Assembly (NCBI GenBank): GCA_965222605.1
Contig: OZ244960.1
Span: 5,600,001 to 5,664,000 of the forward strand
DNA length: 64,000 bases
Direction of reading: 5' to 3'
Origin: Candidatus Latescibacterota bacterium
Lineage (GTDB): Bacteria; Latescibacterota; UBA2968
The translations under genes and the position numbers were made by a program. The notes beneath the pieces are model-generated. The model searched no databases. It saw only the letters and a list, made by a program, of their open reading frames with translations, and was not told where the DNA came from. Position 1 is the first letter of the stretch, and each line of letters opens with the position of its first letter. Below are positions 48,918-58,352 of this stretch, in pieces.

Positions 48918-49804
48918 AACACATCCAGCGCTGCTGCTTCGATTTCTTTCCGCAATGCCTTCTCTTCTTCCTCATCGAGAGGACGTGTTGGTTTGATGGG
49001 GTTGCCGCACTCAATTCCCTGCCAGCGCAATACGGCGCGCACGCTGCCGTGTCCACCGTATTTTTGACAAATCCTAATCAGCTCATTTACGTTTGCTTGC
49101 AGTGCGCGGGCCGTATCTAAATCGCACTTGTTCATCGCTTCGTAGATGCCGACAAAATGCGAGGGCATCACATTGTAAAACGTGCCAATACCTCCCTGAG
49201 CACCTATTGCAATGCCCGATAGGGCCACTTCGTCATGTCCGTTAAAAATATGCGGTTTATGCGACCCATTGAGGAGACGTTCCATTAAGAACAAGTTGAA
49301 ATTTGTGAACTTAATACCCACCACGCCTTTAAGTGCGAGCATCTGGCTGATTTGTTCAAACGAATACTCCTGATGCGTGACCACGGGAATATAATACACG
49401 AAGACCGGCAAATTTGCCGCCGAACTCAACGCGCTGTAATACGCCAATATATCGTCAAACCGATACCCCTGGACATAAGGCGGCAAACTCGAAATGCCAT
49501 CGGCCCCTGCATCTGCGGCGTGTTTGGCGAGTTCAACCGCATCGCGCTCAGAGGGCGCGCCAACGTGTACCACCACCCGTCCACGCCCTTTTGATGCTTT
49601 GACGGCGACCTCTGTGGCCAATTTGCGTTCGGCCATTGTCATCAAATAGCCTTCGCCCGTGTTGCCGGCTACATATACGCCATGTGACCCCTGTTCGTAA
49701 ATACGCGCCATGAGTTTTTCGTAAGCTGAGACGCTGAATGCACCCGCCCCATCTCTGGGGCTGACCAGTGCAGGATACATGCCCTTGAAACCGTCGAGTA
49801 TCAC
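48914..49804 (-). CDS. DHDPS/N-acetylneuraminate lyase family aldolase
   Basis: GNTGE, YYIP, Schiff-base GIKFT, GHDE, GGIGTFYN. Confidence 0.88.
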   Translation of the reverse strand: MILDGFKGMYPALVSPRDGAGAFSVSAYEKLMARIYEQGSHGVYVAGNTGEGYLMTMAERKLATEVAVKASKGRGRVVVHVGAPSERDAVELAKHAADAGADGISSLPPYVQGYRFDDILAYYSALSSAANLPVFVYYIPVVTHQEYSFEQISQMLALKGVVGIKFTNFNLFLMERLLNGSHKPHIFNGHDEVALSGIAIGAQGGIGTFYNVMPSHFVGIYEAMNKCDLDTARALQANVNELIRICQKYGGHGSVRAVLRWQGIECGNPIKPTRPLDEEEEKALRKEIEAAALDVF

Positions 49805-50808
49805 AGGGCGCCTCCTGTTTTTTCGTAAAGGGCGCGGGCTAATGATTCGATTTCTGTGCGTTCAACCAATGTCTCTACGAGATGTTGCGGCAAACCCGAT
49901 GTCCCGCGATACAAACCGCTCAATGTGCCGGCAACGGCTGCAAATGTATCTACATCTCCACCCGTGTGTAGCGCGCGTTCGACCGTGGGGATAAATTCTC
50001 CTTCTGCGCGCAAAAATGCCTCTAAAGCCACGACAACTGTGGCCTGGGCTTCGCTCGGGATGGCATTTTCTCGCACCGCTTCGGGCATTTGTACCATGGC
50101 CGCCCACGCATCTTCTTCGTTCATTGTCAGCAATGTCCGCACCTGTGCGATCAACTCGCCTGTGGATTCGCAAATCGGTCTGGCCGACCACTCGGCCACG
50201 TCCAGGACTTCATTCCCATCCAGGGGGCGATGTGTTACCAGATGCCCCACCACATGGGCCATTGCGACCGCAGGTGCAACTGCGCGAGGATCCTGGTGTG
50301 TCACATGGCTCGCTGTAATTGCATCTTCCCGGATATTTTCACCGGTTGCCCAGTTCCACAAGCCCACTGGCGCGATTTTCATGACCGCCCCGTTGGAGGG
50401 GTGGTCTTTTGATGCGGCTTCGGACCACGCCAAACCACGATCAAGGCGTTCCAGAGTTTCTCGAAAAGCCCTGCCATACATACGCAGGATTCCCTCACGC
50501 CACAGCGCCAAAAACCGATTGCTCAGGTCTTCGGGATCGATCTTTTCACACGCTATAATTGACTCAATCAGGATGAGGGTCTGCTGTGTATCGTCTGTAT
50601 ATTCTCCTGCTGGCCGGGTCAACACGCCTTCCCGATTGATCCGACCTCGATAGTGGTCTGTCAATCCTTCTACCGCTAAAATTCGCTCCCGGGGCCATCC
50701 CTCACAAAAACAGCCCAGAGCATCGCCTATTGCGCCGCCCAATAGCGCGCCTACAAACAAATCCTCAACCTCGACATCTTCCAGCTCGTCTTCCCAATAA
50801 TCAGCCAT
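49801..50808 (-). CDS. ADP-ribosylglycohydrolase family protein
   Basis: GAIGDALG, YTDDT, NGAVM, GGDVDT. Confidence 0.9.
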   Translation of the reverse strand: MADYWEDELEDVEVEDLFVGALLGGAIGDALGCFCEGWPRERILAVEGLTDHYRGRINREGVLTRPAGEYTDDTQQTLILIESIIACEKIDPEDLSNRFLALWREGILRMYGRAFRETLERLDRGLAWSEAASKDHPSNGAVMKIAPVGLWNWATGENIREDAITASHVTHQDPRAVAPAVAMAHVVGHLVTHRPLDGNEVLDVAEWSARPICESTGELIAQVRTLLTMNEEDAWAAMVQMPEAVRENAIPSEAQATVVVALEAFLRAEGEFIPTVERALHTGGDVDTFAAVAGTLSGLYRGTSGLPQHLVETLVERTEIESLARALYEKTGGAL

Positions 50809-50857
50809 AACTCAAATCCTCAAGTTTAATCGGGGTAAAAATATCGGACAAGAGCCT

Positions 50858-51856
50858 CTATTGCGCATCTACGATATTGCGAAATGCCCGAATGTGATCG
50901 GGCGTTGTGCCGCAACATCCGCCAATCAAAAATCCGCCGGCGTCCAACAAGTCTTTGACGTGTTGCGCCATGTCTTCTGGCCCTTGTGAATACGACGCCT
51001 GTTTGGTGACTTTGTCCAGGGTGGGCAAGCCCGCATTGGGATAGGCCATCAAACGCTTGTTTTCAATGTCGCGATCCACAAGTGCTTTTTGCATCTGCTT
51101 TGTGCCCTCAATTGCATAGGGCATGCCCGTATGATCTGTATTGCGCGTTTCGGCACCGCAGTTCAGGCCCAAAAGTTGCACATTATCGAGCAGATCATCG
51201 CCATCTGAAAATTCACCACTTGCCAAAATATCCAGCACATCGCCGGGCGAAAAGCCCCAGTCCGTTCGATAAATCAATTCACCCGTTTTGCGATCCTTTG
51301 TGAATTTATACGTCATATTCACGGCGATGGGCAAGCCCGTCTGCCGCGCAATATCAACGGCGATTGCCGCTTCTTTGGCGGAAAACTGCGTCTCTATGAC
51401 AAAAAAATCGACACCGCTTTTGACCATGGTAGAGATCACGCGCTCGTGGGCTGATCGCACATCTATATTGGGAATGCCAAAATCCGTATCGCCGGCATCG
51501 GCTTCAATAGCGCCGGGGGATGGGCCGATGGAACCGCCCACATAAACATCCTTCCCACTTTCTTCAATGGCTTGCCGCGCGTGTTGGACGGCTAATTCTG
51601 TCAATTTTTCGGCATCATCTACATCGGCATCGGCCATCTCGAGATGTAATGGAGATACCACAAATGTGTTCGTGCCAATGGCATTTGCACCCGCATCGAT
51701 ATACGCGCGATGCACTGCCACCACCTCGTTGAGATGCGATAGATTGGCGATGGAACTGTTTGCCAGATTCACCCCATGTTCAAATAATTGAGATCCAAAC
51801 CCGCCGTCGTATACCATAGGTTGGTCATCTGTGAGGCGTTCTGCAAAAGATTTCAT
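50858..51856 (-). CDS. stand-alone homocysteine S-methyltransferase domain protein
   Basis: DGGFGS, GSIGP, Zn ligands LNCG and GGCCGTTPDHI, YPNAGLP. Confidence 0.9.
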   Translation of the reverse strand: MKSFAERLTDDQPMVYDGGFGSQLFEHGVNLANSSIANLSHLNEVVAVHRAYIDAGANAIGTNTFVVSPLHLEMADADVDDAEKLTELAVQHARQAIEESGKDVYVGGSIGPSPGAIEADAGDTDFGIPNIDVRSAHERVISTMVKSGVDFFVIETQFSAKEAAIAVDIARQTGLPIAVNMTYKFTKDRKTGELIYRTDWGFSPGDVLDILASGEFSDGDDLLDNVQLLGLNCGAETRNTDHTGMPYAIEGTKQMQKALVDRDIENKRLMAYPNAGLPTLDKVTKQASYSQGPEDMAQHVKDLLDAGGFLIGGCCGTTPDHIRAFRNIVDAQ

Positions 51857-53781
51857 ACCGTCATCCTCTTAAACTGACACCCTTCGACAAATGCGTCAAA
51901 AAAGTCTGGCTTTGTCTCCAGTTCCACATGCTCAATTCGCTTCACCAGACGTTCTAACTCATCGCGTCGTTTTCGCGAGAGCAATACTTCTCTTGCGCCC
52001 AATATCGCGGCATTTCCCACCTTTTCAATACGCTCTTGCGGCACGGGTGCGAGAAAACCGATATCAATCGCATTTTGCACATTTACGTAATTGGCGAAAC
52101 CACCGGATAGATAGAGTCGATGGATCTGGTCGGGGGCAATGCCAAATTCGCGCATGACAATCAATTGTCCACAATAATTTGCGGCCTTGGCTTGAGCCAG
52201 ATTGCTCGCATCTTCGCGCGATAGCGCAATGCCGTGTTCGGGCACCACCATCATTTCAAATTGCTTGCGGTTGGCAAATACGCCCTTTTCTGTCATCATA
52301 TCATGCCGCCGAAGCTCGGCCAACAAATCGATCAGACCCGAGCCGCACAACCCCTGGGGCGCGCCGCCGCCAATTACGCGGTAATTGAACTGACCATTTT
52401 CCCACACAACTGATTCAATCGCCCCATCTTGCCCGGGCATGCCACAGGCGATGCCGCCGCCTTCAAATGCCGGTCCCGCCGGACAAGATGCTGCGATCAA
52501 CCGATCTCGATTGCCCACCACGACCTCGGTATTGGTGCCCACATCGACAAGCATAAATACTTCGTCCTGGTCACCCATTTCTACGGCCAGCATATCCGCT
52601 GCGACATCGCCGCCCACATGGCTTGCAATAAGGGGCATGCCATATACCCGCGCTTTGGGATTTGCTCGAATGCCCAACCGCCTGCTGCTTTCATAAAGGG
52701 CGGTTGTTTTTCGATCTCCGGCCAGATATTCGTGTTCTATTTGAGATTTATAGGGCTTTTGCCCAATACTCTGCACATTGAGTCTGAAAAACATATCTCG
52801 CATGGTGGCATTGCCAGCTATGACAATTTCGTAAATTTCTTGCCGCACAAAATTCAATTTTTCACAGAGTAGCAGGATCTCGTGGTTGATCGCATTCACC
52901 AGTGCCTTCCACAGCTCATTTGGATATTCGCCGTCATAAGAAATGCGATACATTATATCGCTGCCGCCAAAGCGCTGGGGATTTTCATAAGATGCAATCG
53001 CAATACTCTCACCAGATTCCAGATCTACGAGATCCATCACAATTGTGGTGGTGCCCACATCAATTGCCAGCCCATAGATGTGTCCCCGAAACCGATCGAT
53101 GTCTTCCCCGTCGTAGAGCACCCGATCTCCATCGCGCGTGACCACGGGATTGAGATCAATTTTTTTTTCCTGGCTCAAGGCCAAAATTTGAGGCGCGCGG
53201 CGCAGGGGCACAAATTCAACTTCCGCGTCCAAATCCACGACTTCGGCCTGACAGGCCAACCGGTAATTGTCTTTTAAGAAGGCTTCAGCCTCGGTTTTGG
53301 GGCACAGGGCTTCTTCGCCTTTTGCAATTTCTACCACGCATTCATGGCATATCCCCGACCGGAAACACGATGTTGGAACCCGAACAGATAGATCGTCGGC
53401 ATAATCAAAGATCGTCTTTCGCCCTTCGAGTTGCTGCACCTGGCCGATGTGTGTAATTGTGCCCGTCCCCTTTTTTCTGCGACGCTTTTTTTGTGTTTTG
53501 AGCGTGGTCTTCATCTCTTGATAGGCATTTGGCTCTGTTTCCCAGGCCGTGCGATAGTCGAGGTTGTCATTGCTGGCACATTGAAAAAGCGCCCGACCGG
53601 GCGCTGGTTTTCGCTGAAATTTACATCCAAATTTGGCGGTGCATTCGTTGTCTTTATTTTTGTAGGGACAGCGCATTTGCGCCTGTTCGTCGGCATGCTG
53701 GACAATATCTGAAAAAATTTCAGACATGCGATCCAGCCGCTTTTGATAGGCTTCTCGATCTATTTTTTCTTTCTCACGCAT
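51853..53781 (-). CDS. ASKHA/RACo-type corrinoid reductive activator with 2Fe-2S domain and extra Cys-rich N-terminus
   Basis: CFRSGICHEC...RLAC, DVGTTT, NPQ..GSD, GPAFEG, GLCGSG, VGNAA. Confidence 0.9.
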   Translation of the reverse strand: MREKEKIDREAYQKRLDRMSEIFSDIVQHADEQAQMRCPYKNKDNECTAKFGCKFQRKPAPGRALFQCASNDNLDYRTAWETEPNAYQEMKTTLKTQKKRRRKKGTGTITHIGQVQQLEGRKTIFDYADDLSVRVPTSCFRSGICHECVVEIAKGEEALCPKTEAEAFLKDNYRLACQAEVVDLDAEVEFVPLRRAPQILALSQEKKIDLNPVVTRDGDRVLYDGEDIDRFRGHIYGLAIDVGTTTIVMDLVDLESGESIAIASYENPQRFGGSDIMYRISYDGEYPNELWKALVNAINHEILLLCEKLNFVRQEIYEIVIAGNATMRDMFFRLNVQSIGQKPYKSQIEHEYLAGDRKTTALYESSRRLGIRANPKARVYGMPLIASHVGGDVAADMLAVEMGDQDEVFMLVDVGTNTEVVVGNRDRLIAASCPAGPAFEGGGIACGMPGQDGAIESVVWENGQFNYRVIGGGAPQGLCGSGLIDLLAELRRHDMMTEKGVFANRKQFEMMVVPEHGIALSREDASNLAQAKAANYCGQLIVMREFGIAPDQIHRLYLSGGFANYVNVQNAIDIGFLAPVPQERIEKVGNAAILGAREVLLSRKRRDELERLVKRIEHVELETKPDFFDAFVEGCQFKRMTV

Positions 53782-54535
53782 TCTCCGCCTCCCACTCCTG
53801 CAACAATTGTACAGCCAATTCCACGCAGTCCAGGGCGTTTTCACCGTATCCATCTGCACCCATATCGTCTGCAAATTCCTGTGTCACAGGGGCGCCGCCC
53901 ACCATAATTTTTACATCGTCCCGCAAATCTTCGTCAATAAATGCCTCAATTGTCTTACCCATATTCGGCATTGTCGTGGTTAAAAGTGCCGACATGCCCA
54001 GCAAATTGGCTTCGTGTTCTTCGACTGCTTCGATAAATTCGTCTTCGGATGTATCCACGCCGAGGTCGTGTACGACAAACCCGGCACCGCGCAACATCAT
54101 GATACACAAATTTTTGCCAATATCGTGCAAATCGCCTTTCACCGTGCCCATAATGACCGTACCTGCCGGCTTGACACCCGAAGCCGATAAAATGGGTTCA
54201 ATATGCGCCATCCCCGCTTTCATTGCCCGAGCGCACGCGAGGACTTCGGGTACAAAAATAAAATTCTCTCGAAATTTAATCCCCACAATGCCCATGCCGG
54301 CGATCAAGCCATCGTCCATAATTTCCAATGCTTCCACGCCTGCATTCAGGGCATCACGCGTCAATTGATCGACATCGTGATGCGCGCCATCAATCAATGA
54401 GGCGGCAATCGTCTGCATCTCAGAACTCGCCTGTGAGAACAAATCGATATTGCGTTGGATCTCATTGGGACGTTCCAGAAATTCTACTATTTCCTCTTTG
54501 ATAAACTCATTTTGAATATCGGATAATTCAGCCAT
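53774..54535 (-). CDS. corrinoid (B12-binding) protein
   Basis: FVPEVL, GDLHDIGKN (DxHxxG), SALLTTT, GGAPV. Confidence 0.95.
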   Translation of the reverse strand: MAELSDIQNEFIKEEIVEFLERPNEIQRNIDLFSQASSEMQTIAASLIDGAHHDVDQLTRDALNAGVEALEIMDDGLIAGMGIVGIKFRENFIFVPEVLACARAMKAGMAHIEPILSASGVKPAGTVIMGTVKGDLHDIGKNLCIMMLRGAGFVVHDLGVDTSEDEFIEAVEEHEANLLGMSALLTTTMPNMGKTIEAFIDEDLRDDVKIMVGGAPVTQEFADDMGADGYGENALDCVELAVQLLQEWEAENA

Positions 54536-55580
54536 GAACTCTCTTTTCCTCCGCATGCCAGTCCACGATTGCGTTTGGGATTTCTTTCAAATTTTCGATT
54601 GATGTCTGCAACGGAATTGCGCATTCAGGCCCGATCAGATTCACACCGGCGTCCAGGTTTTTATATACTTCTTCTCTTACGGTTTCCGGCTCTTTTGAAA
54701 ATAGCGTTTCCGGATTGTTGATGTTGCCGACCAGCGCAATCCGCTCCTTTATGATGTCAATTGACTCATTGGGATCGTTTTTGGAATCGTAGTGGAATGC
54801 TGCCATGCCCGTTTGCGCGATGTATTCCATCCGATCAACTGTGCGCCCGCATATATGCAAAATCAGTGGAATGGGGATGCGGTCGGCAAACTCGATGTGC
54901 AATTCGCGCAAATACCGGTCGTAATAATCACCGCTGACCAGATCACCCGTTGCGTGATCGGGCAAGGTCAAGGCGTCGGCACCTGCTTCAATTTGCGCCA
55001 CACCAAATTCGACGGTTACTTCTTTCAATTTGTCCAGAATCTGCCGCGTGTGATCCGGGTCGTCTAATGACAGCAGTAAGAAATCCTCCACGCCAAAACA
55101 GTGATAGGCCAGAGACCAGGGACCCATTGTTTTGCCGATAATCGCCACTTCGTCGCCGTATTCTTTTCGCAATAGGCCAATTGCGTCCCGCACGCATTTT
55201 GTATCGGGATGGGTCAATAAGTTTGATGGGATTTTAATATCATCTGCTGTGCTCCAGATCGGTTCTTTCATCTTTACTGTGGGCCAGTTGTCTTTCTGCT
55301 CCCACTGGATTTTGCATCCCAATGCCGACGATTCCTGGATAATCGTAAATACCGGCATAATCGTGTCAAATCCCAGTTCGGTATAACCCGTTGCGGCCAG
55401 CCGCGCCATGAGTTCTGGCTCGCGATTGGCGTGCGGAAATGGCGCATCTACCAGGTCCATTAATTCCACGGTTGCAACCGAGGTCGGGTTGCAGGTCGGT
55501 GTGCGATCTACAGGTGCCCGATTGAGTGCCGCCAATACGCGGTCGCGCGGTTTCATTGGTTTTATTGTCTGGTCGTGCAT
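54528..55580 (-). CDS. MtaA/CmuA-family methyltransferase (UroD fold)
   Basis: PRDRVLAAL, GPWSLA, LHICG, GPECAIP Zn ligands. Confidence 0.9.
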   Translation of the reverse strand: MHDQTIKPMKPRDRVLAALNRAPVDRTPTCNPTSVATVELMDLVDAPFPHANREPELMARLAATGYTELGFDTIMPVFTIIQESSALGCKIQWEQKDNWPTVKMKEPIWSTADDIKIPSNLLTHPDTKCVRDAIGLLRKEYGDEVAIIGKTMGPWSLAYHCFGVEDFLLLSLDDPDHTRQILDKLKEVTVEFGVAQIEAGADALTLPDHATGDLVSGDYYDRYLRELHIEFADRIPIPLILHICGRTVDRMEYIAQTGMAAFHYDSKNDPNESIDIIKERIALVGNINNPETLFSKEPETVREEVYKNLDAGVNLIGPECAIPLQTSIENLKEIPNAIVDWHAEEKRVHG

Positions 55581-55623
55581 ATTGGGACTCCAAAAAAGGT
55601 GAGACGTGAGAGGCGGAAATCGT

Positions 55624-56253
55624 TTAATTTTGCGCGCTTGGAGCAGCGAGCACGCCTCGACTGGCAGCCTGTTCCAATTCTCTTAAAACGGATCGCACAT
55701 TGGGGGCGCGTACGATAAGAACGCCTATCAGGGCATCGTGTGCAATACCGCAATCAAAGCATACCTGATCTTTTTTTAATTGTTCCAATTCGCCCAGTTT
55801 TGCAAGCCCTCCGGCCACCAGTCGAATGCGCCGGTCTGCGCCTTTTTCATCGCTGTCAGCCGTGATTGTGTACACGCCATCAGATTGTGCCGTTGCCGAA
55901 ATGTGCAATCCCGATTTTTTGTCCAAAATGGTTAATGGACGCATAGATACATCGTCATCCATGCCGAGTTTGCACGATTCTAAAAATAGCCGCTTCACAG
56001 ATAGCAGGTGTGTTGATCCACACGGAAAACGCAGCAATCCCTCGCCTGTGTCTTCCATTCCTCCTAAAACTCGCATCGCATGATTTACGGATTCAATCCG
56101 CGCTTGCGCGCCATCTATCTGGCTATATGTGTGAACGCGAAAAGTCGTACCCTGCGCGTTTTCTTGCCGATATAGCCCAATTGTGATGTCGTGAAAATGG
56201 GTATCCATCGGCACCAATTCTATTCGCCGACCAAGATCTAAAGTCTGTCCCAT
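55624..56253 (-). CDS. hypothetical protein with two FxCGxxH motifs
   Basis: FPCGSTH and FDCGIAH; SD AAGGA; precedes MtaA gene. Confidence 0.75.
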   Translation of the reverse strand: MGQTLDLGRRIELVPMDTHFHDITIGLYRQENAQGTTFRVHTYSQIDGAQARIESVNHAMRVLGGMEDTGEGLLRFPCGSTHLLSVKRLFLESCKLGMDDDVSMRPLTILDKKSGLHISATAQSDGVYTITADSDEKGADRRIRLVAGGLAKLGELEQLKKDQVCFDCGIAHDALIGVLIVRAPNVRSVLRELEQAASRGVLAAPSAQN

Positions 56254-56292
56254 GAGAATCCTTTCAGAGGTGAGACGGGGTAGGGGGGCGTC

Positions 56293-57156
56293 TTACCTAT
56301 CAAGCACATATCGGCACACTGCTTTGGCAAAGCCTTCGTTTTCAATATGATCAGTTTGCAAAATATCTTCCCCGGCCACTGCTTGACGGGTTGCTGCGTC
56401 TGCATTGTGCATCAACACACCGGTTCTGGCTGCGCGCAACATGGGCAGATCATTATTGCCGTCGCCCACAGCCATCACTTCATCAAGGCTGCTGCCAATA
56501 TGGTTGGCTATCGCTGTGAGTGCTGCGCCTTTGTTCACATTTGGGTGCATGATTTCGATGCGACCTGCCACAGCCCAGGCCATGTAAATTTGATCGCCGA
56601 ATATATTTTTTAATTCATCAACTGTCTCATCGGCATGCCCGGGTTGGGGCAAGAGCATTATTTTTGGGGGCGCGGCCAGTTCTTTTGCGCGTATTCGTTG
56701 CGCCAGATCGGAATCGACTTCGTAAACCATATTGGTCATTGCGGCAACCTCGCGGCTCATTTTTGTCGTGCGGTCGGTGATATAAACTTCGCAGGCCCCC
56801 TCGCTATTTATGTCACAGCGGCAATATACAAAATTCATGAGCCGGTCATCGGCATATTGGATCAGTGATAAGAATATATCATCGGGCAAACGCTGTTCGT
56901 GCATGAGTTGGCGTGTGCCATTCGTTTTGGGTGCGAAAACCATCGCGCCATTATAACATCCGGCGTAGAGCGCGTCGGCCACGCTGGGGTTGCTCAGAAA
57001 CGGGATTTGATTGCGCTCAAAGTTGCGCCCACTCATCGACGCTACAGCTACGCCACGGTCCAACAATTCGCAAATCGCCGCCATCGAAGCATCCGATGGG
57101 GTGTTGTTGTGATTTAATATGGTTCCATCCAGGTCAAAGGCTACGAGTTTGACCAC
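56293..57156 (-). CDS. Cof-type HAD-IIB hydrolase
   Basis: FDLDGT, SGR, NKG, GDGNNDLPM; GTG start after AGGAG. Confidence 0.9.
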   Translation of the reverse strand: MVKLVAFDLDGTILNHNNTPSDASMAAICELLDRGVAVASMSGRNFERNQIPFLSNPSVADALYAGCYNGAMVFAPKTNGTRQLMHEQRLPDDIFLSLIQYADDRLMNFVYCRCDINSEGACEVYITDRTTKMSREVAAMTNMVYEVDSDLAQRIRAKELAAPPKIMLLPQPGHADETVDELKNIFGDQIYMAWAVAGRIEIMHPNVNKGAALTAIANHIGSSLDEVMAVGDGNNDLPMLRAARTGVLMHNADAATRQAVAGEDILQTDHIENEGFAKAVCRYVLDR

Positions 57157-57181
57157 ACGGGTTCTCCTCATTGGGGTGAAT

Positions 57182-58219
57182 TTAATCAATCAAAGGCAAC
57201 CGAACGGTTCCGCCTCGCTCTGTTGATCGGTGAACCGCTTCGGTAAATTCCATATATTTCATGCCTTCGTAAAAGCTGGTATCGCCCTGAGGCCCACCTT
57301 TGATGGCATTGATAAAGTCGGCTTCCACTGTCCATTCGGCGGCTTCATCTTCGGGGATGGGAATTTCTTGCAGGCGCCGATCGCCTGTTTTTGCACCGAG
57401 GATTTGCGTTCCCATGTCGTAGATCAATGTGCCTTCGTTGCCATAAGCTTCAACGACGGAGCTTCCGCCAAATTGGGCGACACCCGAAAACAGAAATGCC
57501 GCACGCGCGCCATTTTCCATTTTGCCTATGACATGCGCCATATCAGGTGTTTCAACTGGTCCATCGCCAGACCCATCGGGTAGAGATCGCTCTCTGGTAA
57601 AAATCTCAGTTTCAGCCGTTATGGTTGACATATAGCCAAATACGCGCGCGACGCGCTCGACGGTAATGCCCATTCCCAGGATATTCAGGCCCGAATATCG
57701 TCTGACCTGTCGCCAGTGTAACGGTTCGTCAACATCCCAATATTGCCCGCCCAGATCGCGGACATAAACGTGGAAAATATCGCCCAAATATCCTTCATCT
57801 ATGAGCCGCCGCAAAAAACGTCCGCCCTTCCACGGGGGTGCCGGACAAATTTGGGTCACGAGATTTGATTCTCGACTTCTGGCATACATCAGTCGGGCTT
57901 CTCGCAAGTTCATCGCCATGCGCGCCTGTACAAAGGTGTGTTTGCCCGCGTCTAAGGATGCGAGGACAAATTCACAGTGTTTGTAAGGCCATGTGCCGAT
58001 CATTACCGCGTCGATATCGTCCCGGTCCAACAATGCCTGTGAGTCTGTCATGGCCTCGGCTGATAGGCCCTGTTCGGCTATTACCTTTTCACCGCTTTCT
58101 ATACTGCGGTTGCATATTGCCACGACTTCGGCATCGTCAATTTTTGCCAATCCCGGAAAATGCCTACTCCGAAAAATACCGCCTGCACCAATAATACCAA
58201 TGCGAATTTTATCTGCCAT
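57182..58219 (-). CDS. Gfo/Idh/MocA family oxidoreductase
   Basis: IGIIGAG, IDAVMIGTWPYKH, AGKH. Confidence 0.9.
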   Translation of the reverse strand: MADKIRIGIIGAGGIFRSRHFPGLAKIDDAEVVAICNRSIESGEKVIAEQGLSAEAMTDSQALLDRDDIDAVMIGTWPYKHCEFVLASLDAGKHTFVQARMAMNLREARLMYARSRESNLVTQICPAPPWKGGRFLRRLIDEGYLGDIFHVYVRDLGGQYWDVDEPLHWRQVRRYSGLNILGMGITVERVARVFGYMSTITAETEIFTRERSLPDGSGDGPVETPDMAHVIGKMENGARAAFLFSGVAQFGGSSVVEAYGNEGTLIYDMGTQILGAKTGDRRLQEIPIPEDEAAEWTVEADFINAIKGGPQGDTSFYEGMKYMEFTEAVHRSTERGGTVRLPLID

Positions 58220-58352
58220 TTTTTACCTCACTATGTTGTCGTTGTTCTTCTCTCCAATGTTCAGGGGTTGCAGAAACTGCAACGCAAAAGCGAATGTATC
58301 ACAGTTTTTGTCAATTGGCAAACGAATCGGTCACGGATGCGTCTGCCACCCC

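Noticed and set aside
53529-54368. 279-aa plus-strand ORF and similar long antisense ORFs (2267-2998, 26343-27161, 36404-37171, 49856-50653)
   Set aside because: Codon-bias shadows opposite well-supported genes
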